DNA of 64,000 bases, from assembly GCF_038025025.1 (NCBI RefSeq), contig NW_027117338.1, forward strand, positions 1 to 64,000, in the 5' to 3' direction. The position numbers were made by a program, and so were the translations under genes. Positions 11,378-24,752 of this stretch are shown in pieces. Positions within the stretch are counted from its first letter, which is position 1, and each line of letters opens with the position of its first letter. The notes beneath the pieces were generated by a model. The model saw only the letters and a list, made by a program, of their open reading frames with translations, ran no database searches and was not told where the DNA came from. This DNA comes from Phyllosticta citribraziliensis. Lineage: Eukaryota.

Positions 11378-13024
11378 ATGGTCGACTGTCCCATTTGTTC
11401 CAAGCCCGTCCTGGAGAGAGACATCAACGACCACATCGACTCGGCCTGCCAGTCCTACCTCGCCGACCAAAATGGCAGCACCCAGAAACCCGCTGCCGCC
11501 GCCGCCGTCCACAGCTTCTTCCAACCGTCGGCTTCGAAACGCTCCTCCACCAAGCAAGTGACTTCGTCGCCCACTTCCTCGCCCTTACCTACCCGGAATC
11601 ATCCGGAAGACAAGATCAAACGGGAGCTGCCTGATTCACCCCAGCTCCAAAATGCTGCAGCTCCGTCCAACGGCACGAAGCGTCCTGTCGAAGACGGCCC
11701 TGCCGAGAATGCATCGTCTCCTCCTCCAAAACGATCAAAAACAACCGCGCTGCAAAAGGTGGCGCCGTTGGCAGAAAGAATGCGTCCTCGTACCCTCGAC
11801 GAAGTCTGCGGTCAAGAGCTAGTTGGACCCAACGGCGTCATACGCGGCTTGATTGAGCAGGACCGGGTGCCCTCCATGATCCTCTGGGGCGGGCCCGGCA
11901 CAGGCAAGACGACCATTGCCCGGCTCATAGCGCACACGGCTGGATGTCGCTTTGTCGAGATCAACAGCACAAGTAGCGGCGTTGGCGAGGTCAAGAAGCT
12001 GTTTGCCGACGCGCGGAACGAGCTGGCTTTGACGGGTAGAAAGACTATTATATTCTGCGACGAAATACATAGATTCAGCAAGAGTCAGCAAGACGTCTTT
12101 CTCGGACCCGTAGAGGCCGGCCAAGTGACGCTGATTGGGGCCACGACGGAGAATCCGAGCTTCAAGGTCGTGAACGCACTGCTGTCGAGATGTCGTACTT
12201 TTACCTTGGCCAAGCTGTCCGAGGAGCACATTGTGACCATCCTGCGCAGGGCGTTGGAGCGAGAGGGCAATTACGAAGCCTCCTTGGTCGACGAGGAGTT
12301 GGTCAAATACCTGGCAGCATTCGCAGACGGTGACGCCCGGACTGGCCTCAACCTCTTGGAGCTGGCCATGGACCTTTCGAACCGCCCCAAAATGACCAAA
12401 GACAACATCAAGAAATCTCTGACCCAGACACTCGTATACGATCGCGCCGGTGACCAGCACTACGACACCATTTCCGCCTTTCACAAGTCTCTCCGAGGCT
12501 CCGATCCCGACGCTGCACTGTACTATCTCGCTCGAATGCTTCAAAGTGGAGAGGATCCCCTATATGTTGCCAGGCGATTGATTGTCGTAGCATCAGAGGA
12601 CATTGGCCTGGCAGACAACACCATGCTGTCTCTCGCGACCGCAACGTACGCTGCATGCGAAAAGATTGGCATGCCCGAATGCCGAATCAACCTCGCCCAC
12701 GCCACCGTCGCTATGGCGCTCTCTCCTAAGTCCACACGATCGTACCGCGGCCTCAATAACGCCATGGCGGCCCTCAGCGAACCGGGCATCGCAGGACTCC
12801 CGGTCCCCGTGCACCTTCGCAACGCGCCGACCAAGCTGATGAAGGAGCTGGGCTACGGCAAAGAGTACAAGTACAACCCAGATTACCTCGAGGGCCACGT
12901 AATCCAGGAGTACTTGCCAGAGAAGCTCCGCGGACGAACATTTCTCGAAGACCGAGACCTTGGGACGAAACTCGACCCGGACATTCCGCACGAGGACGAG
13001 GTGTACGAGTACGATCTGGGGTGA
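11378..13024 (+). CDS. MGS1: Mgs1/WRNIP1 DNA-dependent AAA+ ATPase with N-terminal UBZ zinc finger
   Basis: CPIC...INDHIDSAC zinc finger, PLAERMRP, Walker A GPGTGKTT, DEIHRF, GATTENPSF, and MgsA C-terminal motifs (ISAFHKSLRGSD, VPVHLRNAPT). Confidence 0.95.
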   Translation: MVDCPICSKPVLERDINDHIDSACQSYLADQNGSTQKPAAAAAVHSFFQPSASKRSSTKQVTSSPTSSPLPTRNHPEDKIKRELPDSPQLQNAAAPSNGTKRPVEDGPAENASSPPPKRSKTTALQKVAPLAERMRPRTLDEVCGQELVGPNGVIRGLIEQDRVPSMILWGGPGTGKTTIARLIAHTAGCRFVEINSTSSGVGEVKKLFADARNELALTGRKTIIFCDEIHRFSKSQQDVFLGPVEAGQVTLIGATTENPSFKVVNALLSRCRTFTLAKLSEEHIVTILRRALEREGNYEASLVDEELVKYLAAFADGDARTGLNLLELAMDLSNRPKMTKDNIKKSLTQTLVYDRAGDQHYDTISAFHKSLRGSDPDAALYYLARMLQSGEDPLYVARRLIVVASEDIGLADNTMLSLATATYAACEKIGMPECRINLAHATVAMALSPKSTRSYRGLNNAMAALSEPGIAGLPVPVHLRNAPTKLMKELGYGKEYKYNPDYLEGHVIQEYLPEKLRGRTFLEDRDLGTKLDPDIPHEDEVYEYDLG

Positions 13025-13153
13025 GCCACGAGAAACAATTAATTGATCAAGCAAGAAACCCTCTATCCAAAAGTCTAGATGCAAAGGAAAAGACGCCACC
13101 AAACTCCGGCCCGTGCCCTCTATATCTCATGAACGCCAAAAACGGGCAGCTGC

Positions 13154-13691
13154 TTACTGGACCGACGGCATGGTGCGGCAGTTGTAGCTGGCAATCGCGT
13201 TGTCAAAGAAGATGGGCCTCAAGTCCTTGTACCCGGGGTAGCCAACGGTCTTCTTCTTGCCCGAGCATCCGCGACCCCTACAACACAGCAGCGTCAGCAA
13301 AGAACACACAAACACGCGGTGAAAGACGGAGTGAAGAATGCCGCAAAACTCACTTGAAGATGTCGCACGTAACCTCCCAGTCGGGGCCGAAGCTGCTCAT
13401 CTTGCCGCGCCGCGCTGGGTCGTTGACGTCGTAGCACACGCCCATCTCCATGCCGAAGTGCCAGCACGTGCCCTGGAAGTTGTACCCGGTGCAGTAGTAG
13501 ACGCCGTCGCTCTTCCAGCCGATGTTGATGACCTTGGCTGGCTCGCGCTTCTCCAGCGCAGCAGCACCGCCGTCGGACGGCGTTGGCCACTGCGACGAGG
13601 GCTCCGCCGTCGCGTTGAACGCGGGCTGCGGGAGGGCGAAGGTGCTGCCGAGCAGCCCGAGGGTGAGGGTCGTCAGGGTGATGGCGACCAT
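13154..13691 (-). CDS. Small secreted Cys-rich beta/gamma-crystallin-like protein (effector candidate)
   Basis: Signal peptide and KR site. Exons 13691-13354 and 13277-13154 give ...GVYYCTGYNFQGTCWH...MSSFGPD...CDIFKGRGCSG...YPGYKDL...FDNAIASYNC, with six Cys. Confidence 0.8.
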
Positions 13692-14266
13692 GGTGGTGAT
13701 TCTTGGTGTTGGCGTTGAAGTGTTTGGATGGGTTGTGTTGGATACGCTGTGCGTGCTGTATGTACAGTAGATAGAACCAAATGTCGGTGACTCGAGAAAC
13801 TCCTCCTCGCTCGGCCCATCATGACCTATAAATCCTCGCCCAGCACAGCGCCGTCCGTGGCCTGGCCTTGCGCCCGCTTGCCAAAAATACGCTATTGAGG
13901 CCTGCAATGGGAGCGGCGGATGCAAAGCTGGGGGTTGTGTGTTTGTTCTCGCGCACGCATGAGCGCGTGGCGAGCGTAAAGCCTTGTCTCGCCCTTTGGG
14001 AAACAATCGGCTTTCATTCTGATGGGGAATCGGCTTTGTGGGAATGTCTTTTCAAAGGGGGGCACGTGGGATCAATGGATGATGGATGATGTTGGTGTTT
14101 GCCAAGGCTTATTGGGTGGTGTTCTGGGTCGCTGCACGGAGATCTGGCTTCATTGCTATGCTTCCGAGTCTAAAATTCGACCAGTCGTCGTGAGGGGAAC
14201 ATTAAAGGAAGTGAATGATGCCAGGGTCGAAAGCATTTTGGGAAAGGAGTCGTCTTGCCAGCTTCT

Positions 14267-15464
14267 TCATGCCACCTCTTGCACCATACGCCCTCTGCTG
14301 AAGGTCGTCTTGCCATTGGCTCGTTTGGACCCGCGCAAAAGCTCGCCGACTGGAGACTCGACCCACTCGCTGGGGACGGCGATTTCGCTTCCTTGCACCG
14401 TCTGGACGTAGCGGACGTAGACGGGATGGGCCCGGTCCACGTCCTCCAGCCTCTCGTCCATTGCCGCGTCGGCCTCGACCTGTGCCTTGGTCCTGCGCTT
14501 TGGTGCCTGCTTCTTGAGGAGACGGTTTATGGTGTCCATCTGAACTGCGTTAGTGGCTGCAACGGCAGAGGCAAAGGGGACTTGCCTTTTCTTCCTCGTT
14601 CCGTTTCTCGCTGAGGTTCTTGCGTCGGCGTGCCATTTCTGCCCTCCTCGTTTGGTGCTCCTCCGCAGTGAGATGCTTCTTCTTTTGGGCCTCGTTGGAG
14701 AGTGCAAGTAGCTGCCCTTCGTCGATCGCCCCGCGCTGTCGCCGCGTCAATTTGCTCAGATCGGGTGTAGCGCTACGGCTGCCTGTCAGGGGCGTCTCTT
14801 CGTCACTGTCCAGTTCATCGTCTTCCTCGTCGTCGTCGGCAATCTCATCCTCGCCACCTTCCTCCTCGTCCAGCGAGTCTTCAAGCTCTGACAGCTCCTC
14901 GTCGTCGCTCTGGTCGTCCACCATGGCCATCTCCTTAGCTTCGACGCTTGGCACCTCTGGTTCGGGACGACTGATGCTGATGGCCGGTTTTGTTGGCTTG
15001 GCAGCGCCTCGACCTTTTGCCGGTGGTGTTGGTTCAGGCAGAGCGTCCTCCATGTCGACGTCTTCGTCGGCGTCGGCGTCCTCTTCCTCGCTCAAGTCTT
15101 CATCCTGGTCGTCGTCCTCCCCGTCCTCTTCGCCGTCATTGTCCTCGTCTTCCTCCTCGCTCGACTCTTCCACAATGGCTTTCTTGTTGCGCGAGGCCCG
15201 CTGGCCGCTGACGACATCGCCGCCCTCAAGCGAGCCGCGCCCCCGGCGGGAGGTGGTGGCCCCGCTCGTAACTTCGCGAAGCTTGTTGGGAGCGGCTTTT
15301 ACCGTGAGGTGGATCGACTGGCGGGTTTCTTCGGGAGAAGTGCGCTCAATTGTGGCGGAGGTGGGCGCTGCGGCGGCGCGACGAGGACGCGAGGTTGCGG
15401 CAGGCGGTTGACTGGTGGAATCAGCATTGATTTGGGCGCGCGAGCGCAGGCGACGGGTCGTCAT
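14267..15464 (-). CDS. IES2: INO80 complex subunit Ies2 (PAPA-1 domain)
   Basis: Acidic N-terminal region, PDLSKLTRRQR and RRAEMARRRKNLSEKRNEEEK. After one intron: MDTINRLLKKQAPK. Confidence 0.9.
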
Positions 15465-15927
15465 GTTGACGGTGGGGCAGAGGGGGAGAGGGATGGTTTG
15501 GGAAGCAGAAGCTTATGTGGTCCAGTCGCGCATTAAACGGAGCAGTGGCTTGTGTCTGTCTGCATGTGGGCGTGGTACATAGTACATACATACCTTGTGT
15601 CTTTGTCTCCGTACCAATCGTCGCTGCCCACCGACGAGTCGTCCTCGGTGCTCAGCCTTCTAAGCCGCTTCACGGATCGTCCAGTCATGGTGGCTGCTTC
15701 CCGTCGTGCTTATCCTGTACAAAAGGGATTGTGGTCGGGATGAGGCTTGGGATGCGATAGACTCGCAGCATTCCGCTCACTGTCCGGACGGAACCTTGGG
15801 AGCTCCAGAGCAGCTGACTCAGCGCCGTCCAAGTCACAAGCCGAGGTAGGTCGACGACCTTGGGCGTAGTCCTCCATTCTTGACAACCTCATCCACATTT
15901 CACACCTACGCATTTGTCTCCCTCAAA

Positions 15928-17194
15928 ATGACTGGACCTCCTTCCGACCCCAAGCCCGGCATCCCCGCCTGGCAGCGCGCTTCGACTCCTGCAACATCGT
16001 CATCGTCGGCTACAGACGACTCGCGTCCGAGCACGCCGAGCTCTCCAAGCTCAACTTCAGAGGCAAAGACCGCCGATGATTCGCAAGCATCGCAAGAATC
16101 ACCCAGCAATGACCAGGGACAAAAGTCGGGAATATTGCTGGAGCATGCGAAACAGTTTCTCAAAGACGCCACCATTCGCGACGCGCCCGCAGAGCGCAAG
16201 CGGCAGTTCTTGCAGTCAAAGGGAGTGAATGACGAGGATATCAACGAGTTGCTGGGAGATTCCAAGATTCAAGAAGCTGTGCCAGCTGCAATCGCTGCCA
16301 AAGAATCTCCACAAGAATCGGCCAAAGTGCGTATCCCACTTGCAATCCAAGCATCATCCGCAGCATCCTGATCGTGCGCAGGGAACCTCCAAAAGCATAC
16401 CATCACTTCAAACCACCTCGCAGACAACCTCCCGAGAGGTTCCTCCAATCGTGACATATCCCGAATTCCTCACCCAGCCGACGTCCCCGCCCCCACTCAT
16501 AACTGCTTCCCGGATATTCAACGTGGCGACGGCGCTTGCGGGCTTTGGAGCTGCAACTTACGGCGTGTCTAACTATTTGGTAAAACCAATGACCGAGGCG
16601 CTCACCGATGCCCGACGCGACTTTGCCTCCAACACGCAAGAGAACCTCGACAAGCTAAACACGAAACTGGAGAGCATGGTGTCTACATTACCGGCGGGTC
16701 CCAAAAAACCTGTCCCGGACCTCGACAAAGAAAACTCGGATATCGAATCTGCCTCTGATCCAACAGAGCTGTATCACCGAGACATTGGCGTCCAAACTTC
16801 GCCTTCCCTCTCCCGTCGGGCTTCTCACTCGTCCGAATCGTCTCAATCATCTGCCGATCTGACGACATCACAAAAGCAAGAAGAGAATGTGGAAAAGCTC
16901 TCCGGATACGCACAGGATTTCAACAATCTGATGGAGTCCAACATGAAGTCAGAGGAGGCTGTTGCATCTCAGTTGGGTGAACTGCGCACGTATCTGACGG
17001 AAATGGCCTATTCGAGTCCTTATTACGGCGGCGACATGTATAGCTCCAGATTCGGGTCAACCAAGCGCCCAGAAGACGATGCCGTTGAAGCTTTCAAAGC
17101 AGACATCAGAAGCGTCAAGGGCGTCTTCTTGAGCGCCAAGAATTTCCCCAGTTCTCCACAAACCATTCCTGGTCGGAGCCCTTGGCAGCGATAG
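15928..17194 (+). CDS. PEX33: Peroxin Pex14/17 (Pex33) of filamentous fungi
   Basis: Pex14 N-terminal-like AKQFLKDATIRDAPAERKRQFLQSKG. One intron (about 16327-16381). PPIVTYPEFL, a hydrophobic segment, coiled coil and KADIRSVKGVFLSAKNFP. Confidence 0.85.
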
Positions 17195-19938
17195 GATCGT
17201 CACTGTCGAGAGCATTGGTGACACACGGCATGATGCAGCTTACGACTGTGTCAAGTCTTTCACAGCATTGCTTTGGCTTGAAGTGCCTTGATCAGCAGCG
17301 GACGTACAAAGGCGTCCCTCTCAATTCTCGTATGCAACCGCATCCCGCCGCGGCTCGACACATTCGCATCCCTAATGTTTACGCTCTCACGATCATGTCA
17401 CCGCAAGAGCGCAAAGAGATTCGCTGCACAACAATGGCTAGAGACATGGTCCTGCCGGCCCCACCGAACTGGTCATTTCAGCTTCTCGTGACATCTTCCA
17501 CCGCTGCTGCGGTGAATCTCATGAAGTTAAGACACGGAGTTCCATCTGGGCATTGAGACATCGTGTACGACTGCAGCATTGGAGGCCTGTGGCACATTCC
17601 GGGAGCGCCACGACAGGCAGGAAAAATACTCCGAGTCCGCCACCCAAAGTGTTCCGAGCAAATACCCGCCGCCGCATCAGTCTCTCGTTGCACAATGCGG
17701 GGCACCGGATCTAAGTGTTTTGGACCACTGGCCCATGTGGAGGTGCACTGCTGCAGATTGTCTCTTCTATCGGAGACGCAAGTGGGGTATTCGGACTTGC
17801 TCAGCAGACGAGAACACGGCAGCTGCGAGAGCTTGTCGTACTTCCCGTAAAGGGGAGTTGAACTGTGAGCTGTCTCAGTGCATGTTGTCGGATGGCAGCT
17901 CCGTCGACGCAGCCGCCTTGTCGAATGATAGCTCCTTGGATTCAGCTGCTGTGCTTGAACAGGCAGTTGTTTTGACGTTGTTTACCGCCCTGTTATCCGG
18001 GGCGGGGGTGGTCGTGCACTCGTTTAGCAACGGCCGAACAAAAAGTCGTGACAGCTTTGGTCAATTGACGATCCAACATCAACAATATACTTTTCCTGGC
18101 ACTGCCCTCTCGTGTTCTGGTTACCGCTTTGCTACTTACGAGACTATGACTTCAGACCTCGACTCGGCACATTTTTCTCGCTTCGTCTCGTATCCTGCAA
18201 ATTGCAATGGCTCCGAAACTCATCCGCTTCGGCTCGGCAGCGTTCAGGCCGCGCTGCCCGAGTTGAGAAGTTGAACAGAAGACGTCGCATGTACACACGC
18301 GAAAGCTGCCGTCAGTTGGCTTGTCTGCTACGGGTCTCTCTTGGACCAAATTTCCGTATCCGTTCGAAGGTCACGGAACTCGGACACGGCCACTCTGCAT
18401 CGCCGAACGGACGCGAAGGAATCAACCGAGAGCTCTGGGGACGGGAAGCGGACCGTGGAACACGGTCTTGCCAAGAGGGCATCGAGAAGTCGCACGGGCG
18501 AGAAGTTTCCAGCTAGCCCGGAGACTCGGGGAAAGACGTAAAATCGAAATTGGATAAACGGCTTTGGAGTCATGATGACGCGATGAAGGATTCGAGGCTC
18601 GTGTCTGGTGTTGAAGCGTACAGAGTGCCCTTTCCAATGTAGATCAACGAGAGGGCAGACGTCGAGGGCTGGAAGGAAGTGGATGATCAGCGACTCGGTC
18701 CCTGGGTAGAGTCTAGACTGCATACCCGACGAGCAGGACTGCACACGCACCAGGAATTGACGCTCAACACAGCGTCACTCGAGAATGACCTTGCTCCAAA
18801 AGGCACGCAAAAACAAGAACCAAAAAGCATCACAAGTGAAGGCCGCAGTCACTGGAATCTGACAAACGTGGAGATTCTAGGCTCATGCAGTCGCTTGGGA
18901 CCCAACTCTCATGGCGTAGAACCACCACCGCGCTAGCAGCATGTCATATCAGAACATCACGAGCGGCGAAGAAAAGGAGAAAAGGGGACCTTGTCAGCCA
19001 CAACTGTTTCTGCGGTCTCACAAAATCAGCACCAGGACTGTTGAATTTCCGTTCTTGTTGCTGGACAATTGCATTTCATAGGTCTCTTGATTCTGAATGC
19101 TCGACCGATGAGTTTACAGAATAGAGGCACTGCTGCACTTTTTGCTTCACAAGTATGTTCAGCGCCACTGAACCGATACACCTTTCCAAATCAGGGAGAA
19201 GTTGCGCAAGAATCAACGCCTCTTCGGGGCCCGGATGGCCTGGGAAGCCGGTGATCAGACCTCCTCCCAAGGTACCACCTACGTTCTGTTTTCAAAAACG
19301 ATTGCCGGTGGCTGTTGTCATCATTCCTCAGGCCAAGTGTGAACAGACGGTATAGGGCTGTGGATGTGTGGTCATTGTGTGACAGGGGAACACATTGGAC
19401 CACATCGTGATTGCGCCGTGGAGTATAGATAATGACAGCGTGAGATAGGGGATTGATTCAAATTCTCTCTTTCACATTGAATTACTATGGAAAGCCGCTG
19501 ACCGAATCGCAATCCGTCTGGCTCTGGCTGGTGAGCACGCATCCAAAACGCGCTGCGGCACTTGGCCTCAACCGTAGCGGGACCCCATGGTCAACGCCCA
19601 GCTATCCAGCCAACACCAGAGTCGCGATAAATTGCGTGTCAAAGGATTTTCAAGGCCAGCTCCTTCCCGTGCAGCCAGAGGGCGTCCGGCGTGATCGACA
19701 AGCGCGCAAGAAAGCCAGAGGCGCTGCTAACAAGACGCCATGGGCGGTCGACGCCACCACTTGGTAGAACTCGTGGCATCTGGCTGATCGAACCGCGGGT
19801 CAGCGGTACAGGCGGAGCATGTCGAGCGAGAAGGTCTTTCGCTATAAACCACAAGGCGTAGCCGTTGACAGTGAGACTTTTTGCGCCGTTACCAATTGCT
19901 TGCGCCTACCGAACACGCTTTCCCAAGAGCCACGCAAA

Positions 19939-21245
19939 ATGCTCGCCCATCACGAAAGCATCATCGTGGAGATTTGGGTCGAGTATGTCCTTGGTCTCTT
20001 CGTAATGGCAATGGGACTCGTTGCGCGTTGGAAGATCGGCGGAGCTCACCTCTCTTGGGACGATTTGTTCGCGGCGATTTCGATCGTACTGTGGACCATT
20101 GACCCGGCGCTGGAGCAATACATCGGTCAGTGACTTTTCTCGAATGATGGAGCAAGACTGACCATTGATAGCAACCAAGGGAACGTTCGTCGGAGTCGAC
20201 GCATCGACCGCACAAAATTTGAGCACGGCAGAGACCAGCTTACTCGAAAAAGGCTCCAAAGCCCTGTTCGCCGCATGGTTCATCTATGTGACCTTGATTT
20301 GGACGCTGAAGGGCACCGTCTTGGGCTACTATTATCGTCTCACGTGAGTTGAGGCCATCGGGACAGAGGACATTGCTGACTTTTTCAGCGTTGGGCTGTG
20401 GCAGCAGCAGTACGTCAAGTACATGGCCGTCGTCTGCTCCATGTCATGGGTAGCGGTGGTGATTCAAATCGTAAGTTGCCAAGACAGCTCCAAGTGACGT
20501 GGACTCACACTGCCAGTTTTGCCGCTGCACTCCAGTCCAGCGCAACTGGGGAATCGATCCATATGTTGGCGACCAATGCATGCAGGCCTCCTCGTCGCTC
20601 ATCACGCTCATGATTCTCAACATCGCCAACGAGATTGGCCTGGTCTTCATCCCAATCACAATCATCCGCGAAGCCAAACTGCCGTTCCGTAGAAAAGCAA
20701 CCCTGGCCCTTTTGCTATCGTCGTCCTTTTTCATCATCATTTGCGCCCTACTCCGTGGCATCCTTGGACTGAAGGCCATCCAGGATCTCGTCGTCTCAAT
20801 CCACTGGGTCGCGCGCGAAACATTCGTCACCGTCATCGTCATCAACGTGCCCGTCATCTGGCCGCTTTTCCTGGAGCGCACAAAGACCACTCGTGGATCC
20901 CCCAGCGCCATGGGCGGACGCATCAGCTGGTACGGTCCGACGTCTCGCGGCCTCGCGCGCACGCTCTCACGGCGCATCTTTCGAGACTCGGAGGGCTGGT
21001 TTTGGGGCAGCTCTGAAAAGTCGGTGCAAGGCGCCGACGCGTGGAGTTGCGACATCGAATCGATCGATGAGAGGAAGGGGGTGGATTCGCGGTCCATCGA
21101 AGTAACGACCGATCTGGAGGTCATCGTTTCCAACACCGAGGCCTTCACCGCGTCGCAGTTGGACTTGACGCGCGAATTTTGGCGGTGGACGACGCCAAGG
21201 CAGGAGGACGACGTCAAGGGGTCCGGGACAAGACAGTCTGTTTGA
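19939..21245 (+). CDS. PTH11-like (fungal rhodopsin domain) multi-pass membrane protein, no CFEM domain
   Basis: Four exons. Motifs WDDLFA, YVTLIWTLKG...YYRLT, CTPVQRNW, IPITIIREAKLPFRRK and WVARETFVTVIVINVPVIWPLF. Confidence 0.85.
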
Positions 21246-22318
21246 ATCCATGTTCTTGATTTGTGCCACACCGGGGCCTGGAAATGTGTGCGACTGCGGT
21301 CGACGGACGCTTCAACATCCACATGCGGCAGCTGCCTGCTTTGCCGCCTGAATTTGTGGATCGAGAGCCAACGGGCCATATTTGCTCGTTTCGACCGTCT
21401 TCCGGGCGTCCCTTCGACATGCGATGGCGTGTGGAGGCGTGGGTGGTTGGATCCCGGTTGCTTCCATGTTCGCTCGACATCTTGTCGAGTCGCTCGCTGC
21501 TGCGCCTGAGGTCCGAGTCCGAGCCTGAGCCACGATATGTACCACCGTTGGGCATGCATTATTCTACGAGCCAACCAAGCGACAGCCACCGCCAAAAGCA
21601 AACCCACGAGCTGAACGTCTGGGCTGCGCGGACTGAAGCTTCGCACCGGCTCCGTCCGCGCTCCGTCCGCACTCCGTCCGCGCTCCGTCTTGATGGCCTT
21701 CTCAATAATCAGGTTCATGGCAGCCACAGGTTAGGCGCCCTCCTCCACGTCATGTGCATGCGCGAGCAATCAAGGCGTCGCTTACTGGCTCCTCGCGTGA
21801 GCGACAAGGTACTTGTTCCGGCGTACCGATTATGCGCTGCGGCGCATGGACAGCCCATTCTTTCGATGCCCTCTTATCTCTGCAATTTAGGGGAAACGAG
21901 ATGATGGTCGCCACCAACGCGACTGATAAGGCGGTATGGTGTATCGATTCTATTTATTGACCCAGTGCTGGGAACGTGCAGTCGTTGGCTTGTGGCAAAA
22001 GTAACCTGTCGGCTGTTGTCAGCGTCTTGTCGAAATGAAAACGAAGTAGAATAAAAAATATGCGCGAATAAATGAAGTATCCATCGATTGAGATGACAGG
22101 TCTATATGTTGGTACTATACAGTTGGGTATGAAGCTCCTCTCGCCGCCCTGTTTTTCCACACTCCAGCTCTGCATTAGGTTGATTCGTGAAAAGGGTGCC
22201 TGCGGCCACCGCATATGCAGGCAGGTATTTGCTTGGTGGCCATTAAATGCAAAGGAAAATGCTGATGATGCTGCAATCGACCGCCCATCGCTTCGGGTAG
22301 GTAGTAGGAAAGAACCGT

Positions 22319-24752
22319 CTATAGGAAGAAAAAGCTGGTAGCGAAAATGAATGCGGTGAATGCTGTGCAGAGCGTGTACTGTCCTTCGCGCCACAGGACG
22401 CGGGGACCCCAGCGCTGCTTCTTGTACATTTCCTTGGGGTGCGCAACGCCCGTCTTGGGGTCGCGTTCCAGGAGCTCCTCGCGGTCGGGCATGCTGGGAG
22501 GGAAGAGAGCGTAGCGGAGGGGCTCGCAGCAAGCGGCAATGCAGGTAAGCCACAGGACAGGGGGCCACAGGGCGTGCGTCAGGAGATAGATGAGGAGCGA
22601 GCGAGTAGAGTCCGTTGATTCGACGCCGTTGTAGGTGGAGAGACCGACGGCAGCCAAGACGTAGCAGACGAACAGAATGTGCAGGTAGCACTTGCAGTCC
22701 CAGATGACGACCTTGAGACGGCGCCACATGGGGGCACGGTTGGCAGGATCGCGCTCGTTCATCTCGTCCTTGATGGAACCGGAGGAAGTGAAGCCCTGGG
22801 TCTTGCCGCCGAGCCAGGTGGGCAGAATGAAAGACCGGATGATGGTGAGCGTGTGGAAAGGCGCCATCCACATCATGGCTCCAATCTCGCGCTGACCCAG
22901 CCTGTATCCAGAGGGGATGTAGGTGACCCACTCGTTGATGCGCGTAGTGATGAGGTAGATGAAGCAAAGGCGAGTTTGCCAGCGGAGCTGCTCAGTGTTG
23001 GTGTAGGCAACAAGGTTACCACCGCTGATGAGGACCGTGGGGATAGTGATCAGGGAAATAACGAAGAAAATCTTGAAGAAGGCGTCGATGGTGAAAATGA
23101 AGCCGGAAAGACGTTGGAGGAAGGTCATTTGGCGGATATCCTTGCCGAAAAGGCAGAACTTGAGCTTGACGGCAGTCTGCAACGTTCCAAGAGTCCAGCG
23201 AGTACGCTGCTTGAGATGACCGATGATGGTGTCGGGAACGGTTCCAAATTGCAGAGGCTCATGCACGTAAGCGGTCTTCCAACCGGCACCGAGAAGCATC
23301 GAACTGGTGCAGACATCCTCGGCGAGCGAACCAATGGGCCAGCCGCCAATGTTCTCGAGGGCCGCGCGGCGAACTGCATATCCGGAGCCAGTGCACCACG
23401 CAACACCAGCGGCGTCCTTGGTGGGCTCCATGACGTGAATGAAGCCGTCAAGACTTTGGACGAGCGGGTCGTTTTCGGGAACGTTGTAGAACATCTAAAA
23501 ATATGTGAGCTCGTGTCGCACGTTACACAGCCCATGCAGCAACATACTTGCGGTGGGCAGACAAGGGCCATCTTCGGGTCGGACACCATATGGGCCATGA
23601 TCGAGCGGAGCCAGTCAGGTTCGGGAATCATGTCAGCGTCGAGAGCTGCGATGAATTCTCCACAGCCGCCCGGAAGCTTCGTCACGAATTCAGTGCCGCC
23701 AATCAAGTTTCCGGCCTTGGCGTGGTGCGGGACGCCCTTGATCTTGATGCGTGCAAAGTAGTAGACATTAGGGTACTCGCGGCTGAGATTCTCGACGGCC
23801 TCTTTGAGTTCGGGATCAGCACCGTCGTCAAGAACGACAACGCGGAAACGGTCCTGCGGGTAATCGACAGTGGCTGCAGCCCGGGTGGTGTCAAGGACGA
23901 CGTCGACGTCTTCCTTGCAGCAAGTGACGAATACGTCAACCGTGGGAACAATGTCGCCGACGAGCCTCAACTTGGCACGTTGACGACCCTTGACGTGAAG
24001 AAGTTGCCACATTTGGTGGAAGAAAGCCGGGCCTGCATGATTAGCGAGAGTACGAAGCGAGGAGTTTCGAGCTTACAGGAAACGCAGGCTTCGGCAGCAA
24101 TGAAAACCCATGCCATGACGTAGACCTTGTTGTACTCCTTTTGAGCCATGATGGTACAGTAAATACGGAAAGCAAAGTAAAGATAGTAGGCGCCAACGGC
24201 CAACAAAGTAGTGATCGGACTGAAGTGGTTGATGGTACGCTTCCAGCGCGGCATAAGGTCGATGTCATCGTGCTTGTGCAGTTTTTCGGATTGGTACTGA
24301 GAGTCTTCGAATCTCACGGCGAAAGTGTTTTGGGCTTCCGAGTCGCTGTCAAAGGGGTTCTTCGAGGATTAGCGCGATCCAGATGCTACGGTTCAGCGAC
24401 GTACCTTTTCGTACTCCCGACCCTTCTTTGCGCCTTCTATGGAGGAGAAGTCGTCATCCTCGCCGTACGGTGTGGGGGTAGGGCAGGCGGTGGTTCCGTT
24501 TATGGTGGAGTAGGAAATGGTCGAGTAGGTAGCGTTGTCTCCACGGGAGTAGATGGCCCGGGGTGGGCGAGGAAGACCCTCGGAGGATTCGAATCCTCTT
24601 TCGTGACGACCAAGAAGTTCAACGGAGGGCGAGGACAAGCGATCGGTGGATTGGCAGGCGGATTCCAGATGGTACCCTGACAGGCCGGGACTGGGCAGGG
24701 GACTCATGGGCGGCGAGTAGTCGCCATACCGCCTCTCTTCATGGGAGGCCAT
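22319..24752 (-). CDS. Cellulose-synthase-like processive GT2 glycosyltransferase (CelA/Tft1-like beta-glucan synthase)
   Basis: Multi-exon. D,D,D,QxxRW signature: VLDDG, HHAKAGN, ALDADM, CPPQMFYN, CTGSG, LAEDV, QRTRW. Two N-terminal and several C-terminal TM segments. No PilZ domain. Confidence 0.92.

Noticed and set aside
15815..15821. TGACTCA between IES2 and PEX33
   Set aside because: A single 7-mer with no pathway rationale; it can occur by chance.
17200..19930. Several 60-230 aa ORFs
   Set aside because: No motifs, splice-consistent model or codon bias. Treated as intergenic.
21649..21689. 11-bp tandem repeat (CTCCGTCCGC[G/A]) about 4 copies
   Set aside because: Ordinary minisatellite with no supportable function.
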